DNA of 64,000 nt from Eledone cirrhosa. Lineage: Eukaryota. Under the pieces are notes generated by a model. The model had not been told where the DNA came from, did no database searches, and was given only the letters and a program-made list of their open reading frames with translations. The position numbers and the translations under genes are program-made. The stretch spans positions 110,112,001-110,176,000 of the forward strand of contig OZ024744.1 of assembly GCA_964016885.1 (NCBI GenBank), read 5' to 3'. Position 1 is the stretch's first letter. Every line of letters begins with the position of its first letter. Positions 27,824 through 41,483 of the stretch are shown here, one piece after another.

Positions 27824-30680
27824 TCTTAGGTCAGTGTTGTTTGTTTGGGTGTTGTTGTTGTTCCACTCATTCTTTCTGTTTAGCTTTGGTCTTCTAATTT
27901 CTATTTCACTGGCCTCTCTGATTTGCCTATCTGCTGGGTCATTCCTATGTTTAGATATTATTCTAATTTCTATGTTGTCTATGTTACCGTCACGTTGTTG
28001 TCTAGCATGTTCGTATAGTACTGACCCGTTTTTTCGTCCTTTTAGTTCCCCCAGTGTTGGTCTATCCTTTCACCTATGTATGTTGTTGTCATGTTTCTGC
28101 AAGTACCCTCTGTACATCTTATGCTATAGACTACGTTTCTAGTTTTACAGTTTATCCGGGGGTTCACCTTACATATGATACATTTCCTATTGGTACAGTG
28201 GGTTTTCTTAAAAGGGTAGGTTTTGCTGATCAGGGATTTTATGGTGGTTCCTGGCTTTTCTACCACCTTTATTTTTAAGTGGGTCTTTCTCAGGGCCTTT
28301 CTACACTGGTTAGCTAATTTCCCTCCAGGGGTGGCGTCCACAAAAATGACACTCTGATATCTCTGGTTGTCGTACCATGATGTGGCCTTCCCTATCTTAT
28401 GTCTAGCCCTATCTAAGCTATTCCATGATTTGCTCCTGTATAGTGGGCAAATTCCTTTCATGTCCAGTTCTATGAGGGTCTTATACTTTTCCATGGCTCC
28501 TTCGTATACTCTGACTCTGTCTCTTTGGTTGTAGCCAGAGAACTGCATGCGGTTGATGAAGTGTTGGATGTGTCTTTCCATTTCTGTTGGGTCGCACATG
28601 CTGGACACATTCTTCATCACTCGTACCAAATCTGCGATCAGAATATTAAACTTAGCACTACTGGACATTGCTGAGTTTTTGAGTATCAGGTATTTGGAGG
28701 CCATGGGTTTAGCATAGTGTGAGTGGAGAATTTGGGCTCTCTCGTCTATAGTGTTAATCCAGAGTTCTGTGTTTAATACAGGTAGTCTATTGTTAGGGTG
28801 TTTGGAAGGGAAGTCGATAGTTACAGTTATACTCTGGTGTATGGAATTAGCTATCTGCTGGATGCTTTCCATCGTGCTACGTTCTAAATCAAACTTGTTA
28901 GTGCTCTCTAGTGGGGGTGTTCTTATAACTATATTGATATCGTCTACATAACGAGAGTACATGATGAGGTCTATGGAGCTTTCATTAAGGAGATCTTTAA
29001 GTCTCCTTTCCCACCATACCATGAAAAGGTTGGCAACATCACCAGCTATGCTGACGCCGATGGCTGCTCCCTCATTTTGGGTGTAGATTTTCTCATTGAA
29101 CTTAAATATGTGGCCCTTTAGGGTAGTTTTGATACTAGCCCCTATTGCATGTGCGACCATTTTTCTTACCTGATCATTGTTTTGGGGGGTCCGTATAGCT
29201 TTGGTCCACCAAATCCACCTTCCTATGGGAGTCTTTTTTGCCACTGAGGTTATGGTGGGGGGTCTACCTCTTATAGGTCTACTAGGGCAGAAACATCTAA
29301 GGTCATGGCTGTCTAGGTAGTCAGTGTCGTAGGTAAGTCTAAGTAGGAGGCCCAGTTCGTCTGTGTCGACGTCGCAGAACTCCACCTCACTCTCAGTGAT
29401 CATCTCCACACATCTTTTCACAGCAAAATCAATGTTAATGGATGGGTACAGTGACACCACATCCATGCTGCCTATTAGGCAGTTGGATAGGCTCCTGTTT
29501 TTGTTGCACTCACTGATTCTGCTGAGGAGGTCCTCTGTACTTTCACATACATCTGGGGACATCTAGATTATGGGGCGTATAACCATTGAGAGGAAGTAGG
29601 AGATCCTGTAGTTGCTAGCTATATTAGCTCCGCATACGGGTCTTGTTGGTGGTCCTGTTGTCGGGTCGTCGACTGTCTTGTGGTCTTTGCGGAGCCCATA
29701 CAAGGGTGGTATGCCATTGTTAGACGCCTGGAAGTTGTTGGCAGTGCATCTGCTTGGCTTTAGGATGTCAGTCCACATCATCATGTGAGCGTTGAGGATT
29801 TTTTCTCTCCCATCGTGTGTTTGTTGTGCAACTTCGCTCGTGTTGGTGATGTGGGGTTGCATAGCCTCGATGTAGTTCGGCATGCTATCTATTGACATCC
29901 TACCAGACTTATCTGTGGGTAGACACACTACCTCACCATCCCTTGTGCGCTGCTTGAGGCTAACCAAGCCTTCTACAGGTTTCCTCCCAAGTTGTTGGGC
30001 CTCTGGTCTGCTCTGTCTCTTAGTATACCTGTCTACTACTTGTCTAATCTTATTTCTACCTATGGTGAACTGTGCCTCTGTCTCGTCATCTATTTGTTGT
30101 GGTATGCAAACTCTTTTATTAAAGGGTAACCTCGTAGGATAGATATTACCCATCTTATATGTTATGTCAGCTGGGTTGAAAAATAGTTTCTCTAAGGTTG
30201 TCGTTATTTTTATCGTCATAGTTGTGTGTGTTGCTATTATTGTTATCAGGGTGGTTGTTGTTGTTTCTATCATTAGCATTGTTTCTATCACCGTTATTGT
30301 TGTTGTTGTTACTGTTATTTCTACCATTGTGGTTGTTACTTTTATTATGTTTCTTGTTTTTGTTGATGTTGCTACATGTACTATTTCCATTATTACCACT
30401 GTGGTTATTGTTGTTGTTGTTCTGTCTGTAGAGTGCGTTGACTTTTGTGTATGTTGTTCTTTTCATATTAACTGTTATTGTGTGTTTTAGCCGTTCGGCT
30501 TGTATTTTGTTCAATAATAAATTATTTACTTGTTTTGATATGTTTGTTGTGTATGTTTTGGAGGAAACACAGTGTTTTAAGAAGCGGATTTGTTCTGTTG
30601 TTATTGTAGTTTTTATATAACAGAAAACAGTGTCTTTCAATAACCTTTCAGCTTGGCACAAGCTAATGCCGTAGCGGCGA
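27824..30680 (-). pseudogene. PLE polyprotein (N-terminal domain, Asn-rich tract, RT, CX4CX2C linker, GIY-YIG), disrupted
   Basis: IRFLKHC; PTDKSGR; PPLYGLRKDHK; RPVCGA; SMDVVSLYPSI; EGAAIG; YSRYVDD; HYAKPMAS; CTNRKCIIC; VVYSIRC..YIGE. Lesions: in-frame TAG at 29563-29565, frameshifts near 30190 and 28050, and loss of TALSIGE. Confidence 0.92.
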
Positions 30681-30723
30681 TGAATTCGACACACGATTTC
30701 ATATAAAAAACCTCGCTAAACTA

Positions 30724-30802
<79 letters not shown>

Positions 30803-31142
30803 TATAATTATTTAATATATATATTTATGTGTATGTGTATATGTGTATAGATATATATATATATGTATATGTATGTGTATGTGCGTGTATTATATATATA
30901 TGTATGTATATACATATATAAGGAACGATCGACTTTCGTCAAATCAGACCGAGGGAACAATGTTTCCGTTGGTCTTTCCAATTGCTAATACTATCCATCG
31001 GTCGCAACTCCAGGTAGAAGGAGCAACGTGAAATAAAGTGTCTTGCTCAAGGACATAACGCACCGCCTTGTCCAGGAATCGAACTCACAACCTTACGATT
31101 GCGAATCCAATTCTCTAACCACTCAGCCACACGCCTTCACTA

Positions 31143-31182
<40 letters not shown>

Positions 31183-31278
31183 ATATATGTATATGTATAT
31201 GTATGTATATATAAATATATATATATATGTGTGTATATGTATATGTATATGTATGTGTATGTATGCATATATATATAT

Positions 31279-32439
31279 ATAAACGGAAAAAAAGAAACGA
31301 AATTTCATTTCCCACTCTTAGTACGGCTGTTTCTTAAATATAAGTATGTACACGTACATACATATATGTATATAGATGTACTGTAGTATGTATATATGTA
31401 TATACATACATGCACACATATATATATGTACGTATGTATTCACCGAACATTTATTATAATGATCGGTGTGTTTGTAAACAAACATCCCGTATTAAGCCGT
31501 AGTGTCCAGCAACCATCGTTGCTTTATTGTTCAACACTGACAAAGGAACGCTGTACTAGTTTCAAGCTTATTAGCTATCGTCAGCAACATATACCTTCCT
31601 GCCAGATTGTTGAACGTATATACTTACCTTATACATATTAACGGCTGAGTAGCCCAAATTGCATATCGAGTGGGTTAATCGGCCTGGTGCACCGAAAACG
31701 ATAAACGGAAAAAATGAAACGAAATTTCATTTCCCACTCTTAGTACGGCTGTTTCTTAAATATAAGGATGTACACGTACATACATATATGTATACAGACT
31801 TACAGTTGTATGTATATATATATACATGCATGCACACATATATATATGTACGTATGGATTCACCGAACATTTATTATAATGCTCGGTGTGTTTGTAAACA
31901 AACATCCCGTATTAAGCCGTAGTGTCCAGCAACCATCGTTGCTCGTTTGTTCAACACTGACAAAGGAACGCTGTACTAGTTTCAAGCTTATTAGCTATCG
32001 TCAGCAACGTATACCTTCCTGCCAGATTGTTGAACGTATATACTTACCTTATGCATATTAATGACTGAGTAGCCCAATTTGCATATCGAGTGGGTTAATC
32101 GGCCGGGCGCACCGAAAACGATAAACGGAAAAAATGAAACGAAATTTCATGTGCCATTCTTAGTACGGCTGTTACTTAAATATATATATATATATTCATT
32201 TTTTCCGTTTATCGTTTTCGGTGCACCCGGCCGATTAATCCACTCGATATGAAAATTGGGCTACTCAGCCGTTAATATGCATAAGGTAAGTATATACGTT
32301 CAACAATCTGGCAGGAAGGTATACGTTGCTGACGATAGCTAATAAGTTTGAAGCTAGTACAGCGTTGCTTTGTCAGTATTACTTAAATATAAGTATGTAT
32401 ACGTACATAGATATATGTATACATACGTACAGTAGTATG

Positions 32440-32509
<70 letters not shown>

Positions 32510-32555
32510 CATACTACTGTACGTATCTATACATATATCTATGTACGTATACATA

Positions 32556-32590
<35 letters not shown>

Positions 32591-33129
32591 GCACACATAT
32601 ATATATGTACGTATGGATTCACCGAACATTTATTATAATGCTCGGTGTGTTTGTAAACAAACATCCCGAATTAAGCCGTAGTGTCTAGCAACCATCGTTG
32701 CTCGTTTGTTCAACACTGACAAAGGAACGCTGTACTAGTTTCAAGCTTATTAGCTATCGTCAGCAACGTATACCTTCCTGCCAGATGGTTGAACGTCTGA
32801 AAGTATTTACTTTCCTTGTGCATATTAACGGCTGAGTAGCCTAATTTGCATATCGAGTGAGTTAATCGGCCGGGTGCACCGAAAACGATAAACGGAAAAA
32901 TGAAACGAAATTTCATTTCTCACTCTTAGTACGGCTTTCAGACGTTCAACCATCTGGCAGGAAGGTATACGTTGCTGACGATAGCTAATAAGCTTGAAAC
33001 TAGTACAGCGTTTCTTTGTCAGTGTTGAACAAATGAGCAACGATGGTTGCTAGACACTGTACGTCTTAATTCGGGATGTTTGTTTACAAACACACCGAGC
33101 ATTATAATAAATGTTCGGTGAATCCATAC

Positions 33130-33200
<71 letters not shown>

Positions 33201-33290
33201 CATGTATGTATATATATACATACTACTGTACGTCTGTATATATGTATGTACGCATATATGTATGTACGTATACGTACTTATATATATATA
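31279..33290. mobile_element. Cluster of family-E HHR units: 420-bp head-to-tail tandem followed by nested inversions
   Basis: HHRs at 31548-31590 (-), 31968-32010 (-), 32324-32366 (+, GAAG mutant), 32727-32769 (-) and 32969-33011 (+). Confidence 0.85.
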
Positions 33291-33292
33291 TA

Positions 33293-34315
33293 ATCTAAGT
33301 TTTTCCAATATTAATAATAATATTCGATTCGTTTGCAATTATGCAAATCAGGCCGATCAGTCACTGTATACTTTAGAAAATAGCATATATTTTCACTAGC
33401 TCTGACAGTTTGGCAGGTGAACCGTGAACTGTACTGATGAAGGGTAATACCCAGAAACATTAGTGTCTGCAGTTCTGGATTATGCCAACAGAAGAGCAAG
33501 AATGAGGGGCGAATTCTACTGACATGGCTTTAAAAATGAAGCTGTTTGCATAATTGCAAACGAATCGAATATTGTTATTAATATTCGAAAAACTCAGATT
33601 ACATTTATTGTATTCAGCCATGTAGAGCGATACATTCTTTTTATTTATTTGAATATGGCAAAGCCGGCCATTAATCGCTCGTATACATAAACTGACTGGC
33701 CAGTCTGCTGATATGCAAATCTGGCTGATCAGTGGGTCTGCTAATATGCATATCTGACTGATCAGCCAATCTGTTAATATGCAAATCAGGCCGATCAGTC
33801 TCTGAGTATTTTAGAAAATAGCATATATTTTCACTAGCCCTGACAGTTGGCAGGTGAACAGCGAGCTGTACTGATGAAGTGTGATACCCAGAAACATTAG
33901 TGTCTGCAGTTCTGTTTACATAAGAGAAAGAATGAGGGGTTCATTCTACTGACATGGCTTTAAAAAAAAAAATAATAATGAGGCTTGTTTGCAAACGAAT
34001 CGAATATTATTATTAACATTAATCCCGCCGAGGTTAACTTAGCCTTTCATCCTTACGTGGTCGATAAAATAAAGTACCAGTAATGCACTGGATAATTGCT
34101 GGCCTTGTGCCAAAATTAGAAACAATTATTAACATTACGTCTGAGTTCAAATCCCGTCGAGGTTAACTTTGCCTTTCATCCTTACGGGGTTGATAAAATA
34201 AAGTACCAGTAATGGACTAGGTATTTGCTGGCCTTGTGCCAAAAGTAGAAACAATTATTAATATTCGAAAAACTCAGATTACATTTATTGTATTCAGCCA
34301 TGTAGAGTGATACAT

Positions 34316-34320
<5 letters not shown>
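33293..34320 (+). mobile_element. HHR-bearing non-coding family F, tandem (437-bp HHR spacing) with an inverted 5' piece, interrupted by SINEs
   Basis: GAACTGTA CTGATGA aGGGT aat ACCC a GAAAC attagt GTC TGCAGTTC at 33426-33475; second HHR at 33863-33912; 33293-33342 is the reverse complement of about 33550-33602. Confidence 0.82.
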
Positions 34321-34360
<40 letters not shown>

Positions 34361-34517
34361 AAAGTTTTATTTAAGATTGTTGGGTTACGACGAGTAAATA
34401 TTTTATAACTGATATAAACTGAGGAAGGCATACCATATTTTTAATATGATATCCCAGAAATATATATAACGAAATAAATATGGTTTTATAAATATAGTTT
34501 CCATTTGTTTAATATCG

Positions 34518-34540
<23 letters not shown>

Positions 34541-34548
<8 letters not shown>

Positions 34549-36877
34549 AGATCAAAAGATGGTTATAGGAGTTCCATGTATTTTATTATGCGCATTTCAA
34601 AAACAAACATCATCATGCAATAATATTTGTTTTCATCAGATAAAACAGGAGAACATGATATGAAGGCTAAAAAACACTTGTGGATAGTGCAGTTTTAAAT
34701 CAACATATGAAAAGTGGTTTTAGATTGATGTGTGATATTGGGAAAAATATTTTATTTAGAGAGGGGGGGGGGGGGGGAGGATGAAAAAGGGGAGGAGATG
34801 AGAGGGAGAGATGGGTGATAGAGAGAAAGAGATAGTTTTTATAACTGAGAGAAGATATATTGTTTTACATAGAGAGGTTGAAAACCGTTGGAAGATAATG
34901 TATAAATTAAAAGAATTTGAAAATTAGCGAAGGGAAAGATATGTACGAGGAAAAAAATATTTTATTTAGGGAGGGGGGTGGAAAGGATGAAAAAAGGGGG
35001 AGGAGATGAGAGTGAAGGTGGAGAGGGAGAGATGGGTGATAGAGAGAAAGAGATAGTTTTTATAACTGAGAAAAGATATATTGTTTTACATAGAGAGGTT
35101 GAGAACCGTTGGAAGATAATGTATAAATTAAAAGAATTTGAAAATTAGCGAAGGGAAAAATATTTGCGAGGAAAGAGAGGGAGTTTATGTATGAAGATAG
35201 AGAGAAAAAAAAAAAAAAATAACTGTGGATGAATATTCTAACGTGAAAAAGGTATATGTTGATAAGTATTGTGGCAATTTCAAAATTAACGAAGAGAAAA
35301 AAAAAAAAAAAAAAAATTATTAAGGTTTGTGTGTAGAAGGATTTGAGAAAAATAATGTGAAGTTAAAGTTTGTATATTGAAGGAATTGATAATATGTGCG
35401 AAGAACGAGTTAATATGTATTAAGAATGAGTTCGTTGATGGGGAGAAAAAAAAAATATTAAATTAAGGATGAAATTGAGATTAAAAAGTTTTATGATAGA
35501 GAGGAAAAATAATAATAATTGCGGATGAATATTCTAACGTCAAAAAAACAAATGTATATGTTATGAAGGATTTTACAAGGTGAAGATAGAAAGAGGGTAA
35601 TGAGTAAACAAGTATTATAGAGTGTATAATGCCCTTTAAAGTAAGGTAGGAAGATGGATATATTTTAAAGAGGTGTATGTATATGTGCCTTTGAGAAAAG
35701 ATTCTAAATTGATAAAGAATTGCACATATACATACAAAGGCACATATACATACACCTCTTTAAAATATTCCCATCTTCCTACCTTACTTTAAAGGGCATT
35801 ATACACTCTATAATACTTGTTTACTCATTACCCTCTTTCTATCTTCACCTTGTAAAATCCTTCATAACATATACATTTGTTTTTTTGACGTTAGAATATT
35901 CATCCGCAATTATTATTATTTTTTCTCTCTATCATAAAACTTTTTAATCTCAATTTCATCCTTAATTTATTATTTTTTTCTTTCTCCCCATCAACGAACT
36001 CATTCTTAATACATATTAACTCGTTCTTCGCACATATTATCAATTCCTTCAATATACAAACTTTAACTTCACATTATTTTTCTCAAATCCTTCTACACAC
36101 AAACCTTAATTTTTTTTTTTTTTTTTTTTTTTCTCTTCGTTAATTTTGAAATTGCCACAATACTTATCAACATACACCTTTTTCACGTTAGAATATTCAT
36201 CCACAATTATTATTATTTTTTTCTCTCTATCTTCATACATAAACTCCCTCTCTTTCCTCGCAAATATTTTTCCTTTCGCTAATTTTCAAATTCTTTTAAT
36301 TTATACATTATCTTCCAACGGTTCTCAACCTCTCTGTGTAAAACAATATATCTTTTCTCAGTTATAAAAACTATCTCTTTCTCTCTATCACCCATCTCTC
36401 CCTCTCCACCTTCACTCTCATCTCCTCCCCCTTTTTTCATCCTTTCCACCCCCCTCCCTAAATAAAATATTTTTTCCTCGTATATATCTTTCCCTTCGCT
36501 AATTTTCAAATTCTTTTAATTTATACATTATCTTCCAACGGTTTTCAACCTCTCTATGTAAAACAATATATCTTCTCTCAGTTATAAAAACTATCTCTTT
36601 CTCTCTATCACCCATCTCTCCCTCTCATCTCCTCCCCCTTTTCATCCCCCCCCTCTCTAAATAAAATATTTTTCCCAATATCACACATCAATCTAAAACC
36701 ACTTTTCATATGTTGATTTAAAACTGCACTATCCACAAGTGTTTTTTAGCCTTCATATCATGTTCTCCTGTTTTATCTGATGAAAACACAAATATTATTG
36801 CATGATGATGTTTGTTTTTGAAATTCGCATAATAAGATACATGGAACTCCTATAACCATCTTTTGATCTTATATTAT
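34541..36877. repeat. Large fold-back: ~1.15-kb inverted arms, ~40-bp spacer, an HHR near each outer end
   Basis: 34541-35693 is the reverse complement of 35735-36877; TTTTAT CTGATGA AAACAAATAT..ATGTTTGTTTTT GAAA TGCGCA TA ATAAAA at 34581-34645 (-) and 36771-36836 (+); a third tail at 38816-38982. Confidence 0.93.
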
Positions 36878-36960
36878 GTATACTCCAGTCCTACAAACTG
36901 TAGAGTGCTTCTTATCCGATATCTGCATTGCTTTATTGTACTACAATAAAACTCACCTCC

Positions 36961-37087
<127 letters not shown>

Positions 37088-37171
37088 GAAGTTCTATTTA
37101 AATTGTTGGGTTACAACTAGTAAATATTTATAACTGATATAAAAGCACTCGACAAGTATTTGGAGTATATT

Positions 37172-37546
37172 TACGATATTAAATAAATGGAAACTATATT
37201 TATAAAACCATATTTATTTCATTATATATATTTCAGGGATATCATATTAACAATATGCTATGCCTTCCTCAGACAAAATACAATATAAACAGTTTTATAG
37301 ATAAATAGATTTGACATACCGTACAACATCGACTTGTATTTGAAAAGTTGAATTGGCAGTGCCAATTCAACTTTTCAAATACAAGTCGATGTTGTACGGT
37401 ATGTCAAATCTATTTATCTATAAAACTGTTTATATTGTATTTTGTCTGAGGAAGGCATAGCATATTGTTAATATGATATCCCTGAAATATATATAATGAA
37501 ATAAATATGGTTTTATAAATATAGTTTCCATTTATTTAATATCGTA
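37172..37546. repeat. Perfect palindrome, 187-bp arms and 1-nt loop (37359), with a family-G HHR in each arm
   Basis: Centre ttggca-g-tgccaa; HHR at 37437-37503 (+) and its mirror image. Confidence 0.93.
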
Positions 37547-37803
37547 TATATATATATATATATATATATAGTTATGTAATAAACAACATAAGGCAATTAT
37601 TCCATTTACCAGTGGTTTCTTAAAAGCAAAAGATGTTGCTTTCAATCCTCAGGATGAAAAAATCCTGGTCTGTTTATTGAATTTGGATTTTAAAATCAAG
37701 AATGCAATCTATATGAAAGTGAGGCTGGAGAAGGAAGAAGGAAAGGAAAAATAAAATAAAACTACACATGCAAACACACACACAAAAACACAAAAGCATA
37801 CAT

Positions 37804-37842
<39 letters not shown>

Positions 37843-38524
37843 TACATATAAACATATATACATATATACATATACATATATATACATACATATACATACA
37901 TATATATATACACATACATACACTCATACATACACACACGCACACATATATACACATATATATGTGTATATAAATACATACAAACACATATATACATACG
38001 CACATAAGTATCAACACATCCATACATACAAATAGATATATACAACCACACACACATATATACACACATACATACACATAGAAACATAAATATAAATTCA
38101 TATTCATACACATATATATACATATATATGTATATATATATACACATGTAATATATATATATATGTATGTGTACAAGCATACACATACACAAACATAGCC
38201 ATGCACACATACATAAACATACATACATGCATACAATCATACATATATACACACGTACATACATACACATACATAAATGCACACCTCTACATATTCACAC
38301 ACGCAAATAAATATAAGAAAAAAAATATATATATATATGAGAAAAAAAAAAATTTTTGACAGCGATACAGAACGCAGCTAACTGGACAGACACGCGTGGT
38401 AAGTAATACACACAAATGCACGTATACATATCTCCCCTTATATTTCACCTTTTCCTATGTCCCCCCTCCCATATATTCTTTTTGACTTGCACTTTACATA
38501 CCTATGTGTATGTGTATGTATATT

Positions 38525-38561
<37 letters not shown>

Positions 38562-38784
38562 GTGTGTATATGTATGTATATGTAGATAGACCAGGTTTTT
38601 TTCATTCTGAAGATTGAAGGAAAACATTTTTGCTTTTAAGAAACCACTGGTGAATGGAATAATTGCCTTATGTTGCTTATTACTTTATTACTTTACTACT
38701 ATATATATATGTATATGTAAGGTTCATATGAATTATCTAAGACTGAGTTTTACACACACACACATGTATATGTGTATGTGTGTG

Positions 38785-38821
<37 letters not shown>

Positions 38822-38980
38822 ATTTAAAACTGCACTATCCACAAGTGTTTTTTAGCCTTCATATCATGTTCTCCTGCTTTATCTGATGAAAACACAAATA
38901 TTATTGCATGATGATGTTTGTTTTTGAAATGCGCATAATAAAATACATGGAACTCCTTTAACCATCTTTTGATCTTATAT

Positions 38981-39025
<45 letters not shown>

Positions 39026-39158
39026 ATGTGTGTGTGTGTGTTTGTATTTAGTTGTGCGTGTTTATATGTACGTATTTGTATGTGTATAATTGTATAGCTA
39101 TGTATGTATATGTATGTGTGTATGTATACATATATGTGTGTGTGTGTATGTTTATATT

Positions 39159-39225
<67 letters not shown>

Positions 39226-39463
39226 ATAATTACATATACATATGTGTGTGTATAATTGTATACGTGTGCGTGTTTGTGCATGTATGTGTATGTATGTGTT
39301 TATGTATTTGTATATGTATATTTATGTGTGAGAGTGTGTGTATGTATTTACTATTCCGTACGTATGTATACGTGCATTTGTGTGTATTACTTACCCCGCG
39401 TGTCTGTCCAGTTAGCTGCCTTCTGTATCGCTGTCAAAATTTCTTTTTATAATTATATATATA

Positions 39464-40270
39464 TATTGTTATACTTTGGGAGGGTCATGTTGCCAATAAG
39501 AAACACACGCACCAGTTGCTTTCACTTCAATTTAATTTAATATATATTTATAAATTTACAAATTTATAAATTTCTGGTTGGTTGGTTGGTTCCACAACCA
39601 GATAGTTGTTTATATATATATAGTCATAGTTCTTTCGTCACACACTCTGTGACCTCTTCAGTGACTGGGGATTTCTTTCTTCGTTTCTGTGCCTTTCCTT
39701 TCTTCTATCCTACGCCATTTTGTTTGTGTGTGGGTTGCGTGCTCAGTTTGCGCATGCGCCACATCCGGGTGTCTGTGTGTGTTTGTGTTCATTTTTCTAT
39801 TTTTATATTTATATTTGTTTGTTTATTTATTTATTTATTGTTGGTTGGTTGTTTGTTCTATGTGTGTGTGTGTTTTCATTTTGTCTTGTGTGTGTTTTCA
39901 TTTTGTGTGTGTTTTCAATTGTAAGTTGTTTGTTCTATGTGTGTGTGTGTTTTCATTTTGTCCTTAATTGTAAGTTGTGATGTTGCTGTTCCACTCATAT
40001 TTTCTATTTAATTTTGGTTTTAATTCTTTTATGCTTACTGCCTCTGTAATTTGCCTAAACATTGCGTCTTTCTTGTGTGTGGATTCTATTTTTATTTCTA
40101 TGCTCTCTAATTTACCCCTGTGTTCTATCTTAGCATGTTGGTAGAGCACAGATGATTCTTTACTATCTTGGAGGTCTCGCCAGTGTTCATTTATTCGTTC
40201 CCCTATACTATATATATATTCGTTTATTCGTACTATATATATATTCATTTATTCGTTCCCCTATACTATA
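39464..40270 (-). mobile_element. 5'-truncated Penelope-like element (family of 3209-4082)
   Basis: [52 protein letters not shown]; HHR at 39622-39666. Confidence 0.9.
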
Positions 40271-40284
40271 TATATATATATATA

Positions 40285-40665
40285 TACGATAGTAAACAAA
40301 TGGAAACTATATTTATAAAACCATATTTATTTCATTATACATATTTCAGGGATACCATATTAAAAATATGGCATGCCTTCGTCAGATAAAATACAATATA
40401 TAAACTGTTTTATAAATAATTTTGACGTACCATAAATATAAGCCACCATTAAGGTAGGAAGCTGGCTTGGTATTTTATCTGACGAAAGCATGCCATATTT
40501 TTAATATGGTATCCCTGAAATATGTATAATGAAATAAATATGGTTTTATAAATATAGTTTCCATTTGTTTACAATCGTATATCTACTCCAAAAATTTGTC
40601 GAGTGCTTTATATCGGTTATAAAATATTTACTTGTAACCCAACAATTTTAAATAAAACTTTTGCA
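40285..40665. repeat. Family-G fold-back (40285-40394 / 40470-40580) with tail extension
   Basis: Inverted arms, each containing the HHR (CTGACGA core). Confidence 0.88.
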
Positions 40666-41124
40666 TATATATATATATATTTTTTTTTCTTATATTTATT
40701 TGCGTGTGTGAATATGTAGAGGGGTGCATTTATGTATGTGTATGTATGTACGTGTGTATATATGTATGATTGTATGCATGTATGTATGTATGTTTATGTA
40801 TGTGTGTATGGCTATGTTTGTGTATGTGTATGCTTGTACACATATATATATATATATGTATATGTCTATATATATATATATATATGTTTATATATGTGTG
40901 TATGTATATATATTTATATTTATGTTTGTATGTGTATGTATGTGTGTATATATGTGTGTGTGATTGTATATATGTATTTGTATGTATGGATGTGTTGATA
41001 TTTATGTGCGTATGTATATATGTGTTTGTGTGTATTTATATACACATATATGTGTGTATATATGTGTGCGTGTGTGTATGTATGAGTGTATGTATGTATA
41101 TATATATGTATGTATATGTATGTG

Positions 41125-41155
<31 letters not shown>

Positions 41156-41483
41156 ATGTATGCTTTTGTGTTTTTGTGTGTGTGTTTGCATGTGTAGTTT
41201 TATTTTATTTTTCCTTTCCTTCTTCCTTCTCCAGCCTCACTTTCATATAGATTGCATTTTTGTTTTTTAAAATCCAATTTCAATAAACACCAGGATTTTT
41301 TCATTCTGAGGATTGAAAACAAAATCTTTTGCTTTTAAGAAACCACTGGTAAATGGAATAATTGCCTTATGTTGTTTATTACATAACTGTTAAGCTCTGT
41401 TACCTACATAGAGCACTCTTTTTTCCTGGACTTTTCCGACGGAATTACTTCATTTACACACACACACATATATATATATATAT

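Larger units (their letters stand above)
27241..30723 (-). mobile_element. Near-complete Penelope-like retrotransposon (possibly Naiad-like) with 39-bp terminal inverted repeats, in (TA)n
   Basis: RT, Zn finger and GIY-YIG coding region; HHR at 27497-27536; tagtttagcgaggttttttatatgaaatcgtgtgtcgaa (27241-27279) is inverted at 30685-30723. Confidence 0.93.

Noticed and set aside
29563-29565. Programmed readthrough or selenocysteine in the PLE ORF
   Set aside because: The stop is TAG, not TGA, is not at a conserved Cys, and the copy has other disabling lesions.
27241-30723. Tc1/mariner-type DNA transposon (TIRs with TA flanks)
   Set aside because: It encodes RT and GIY-YIG, not a DDE transposase; the TIR is the inverted PLE tail.
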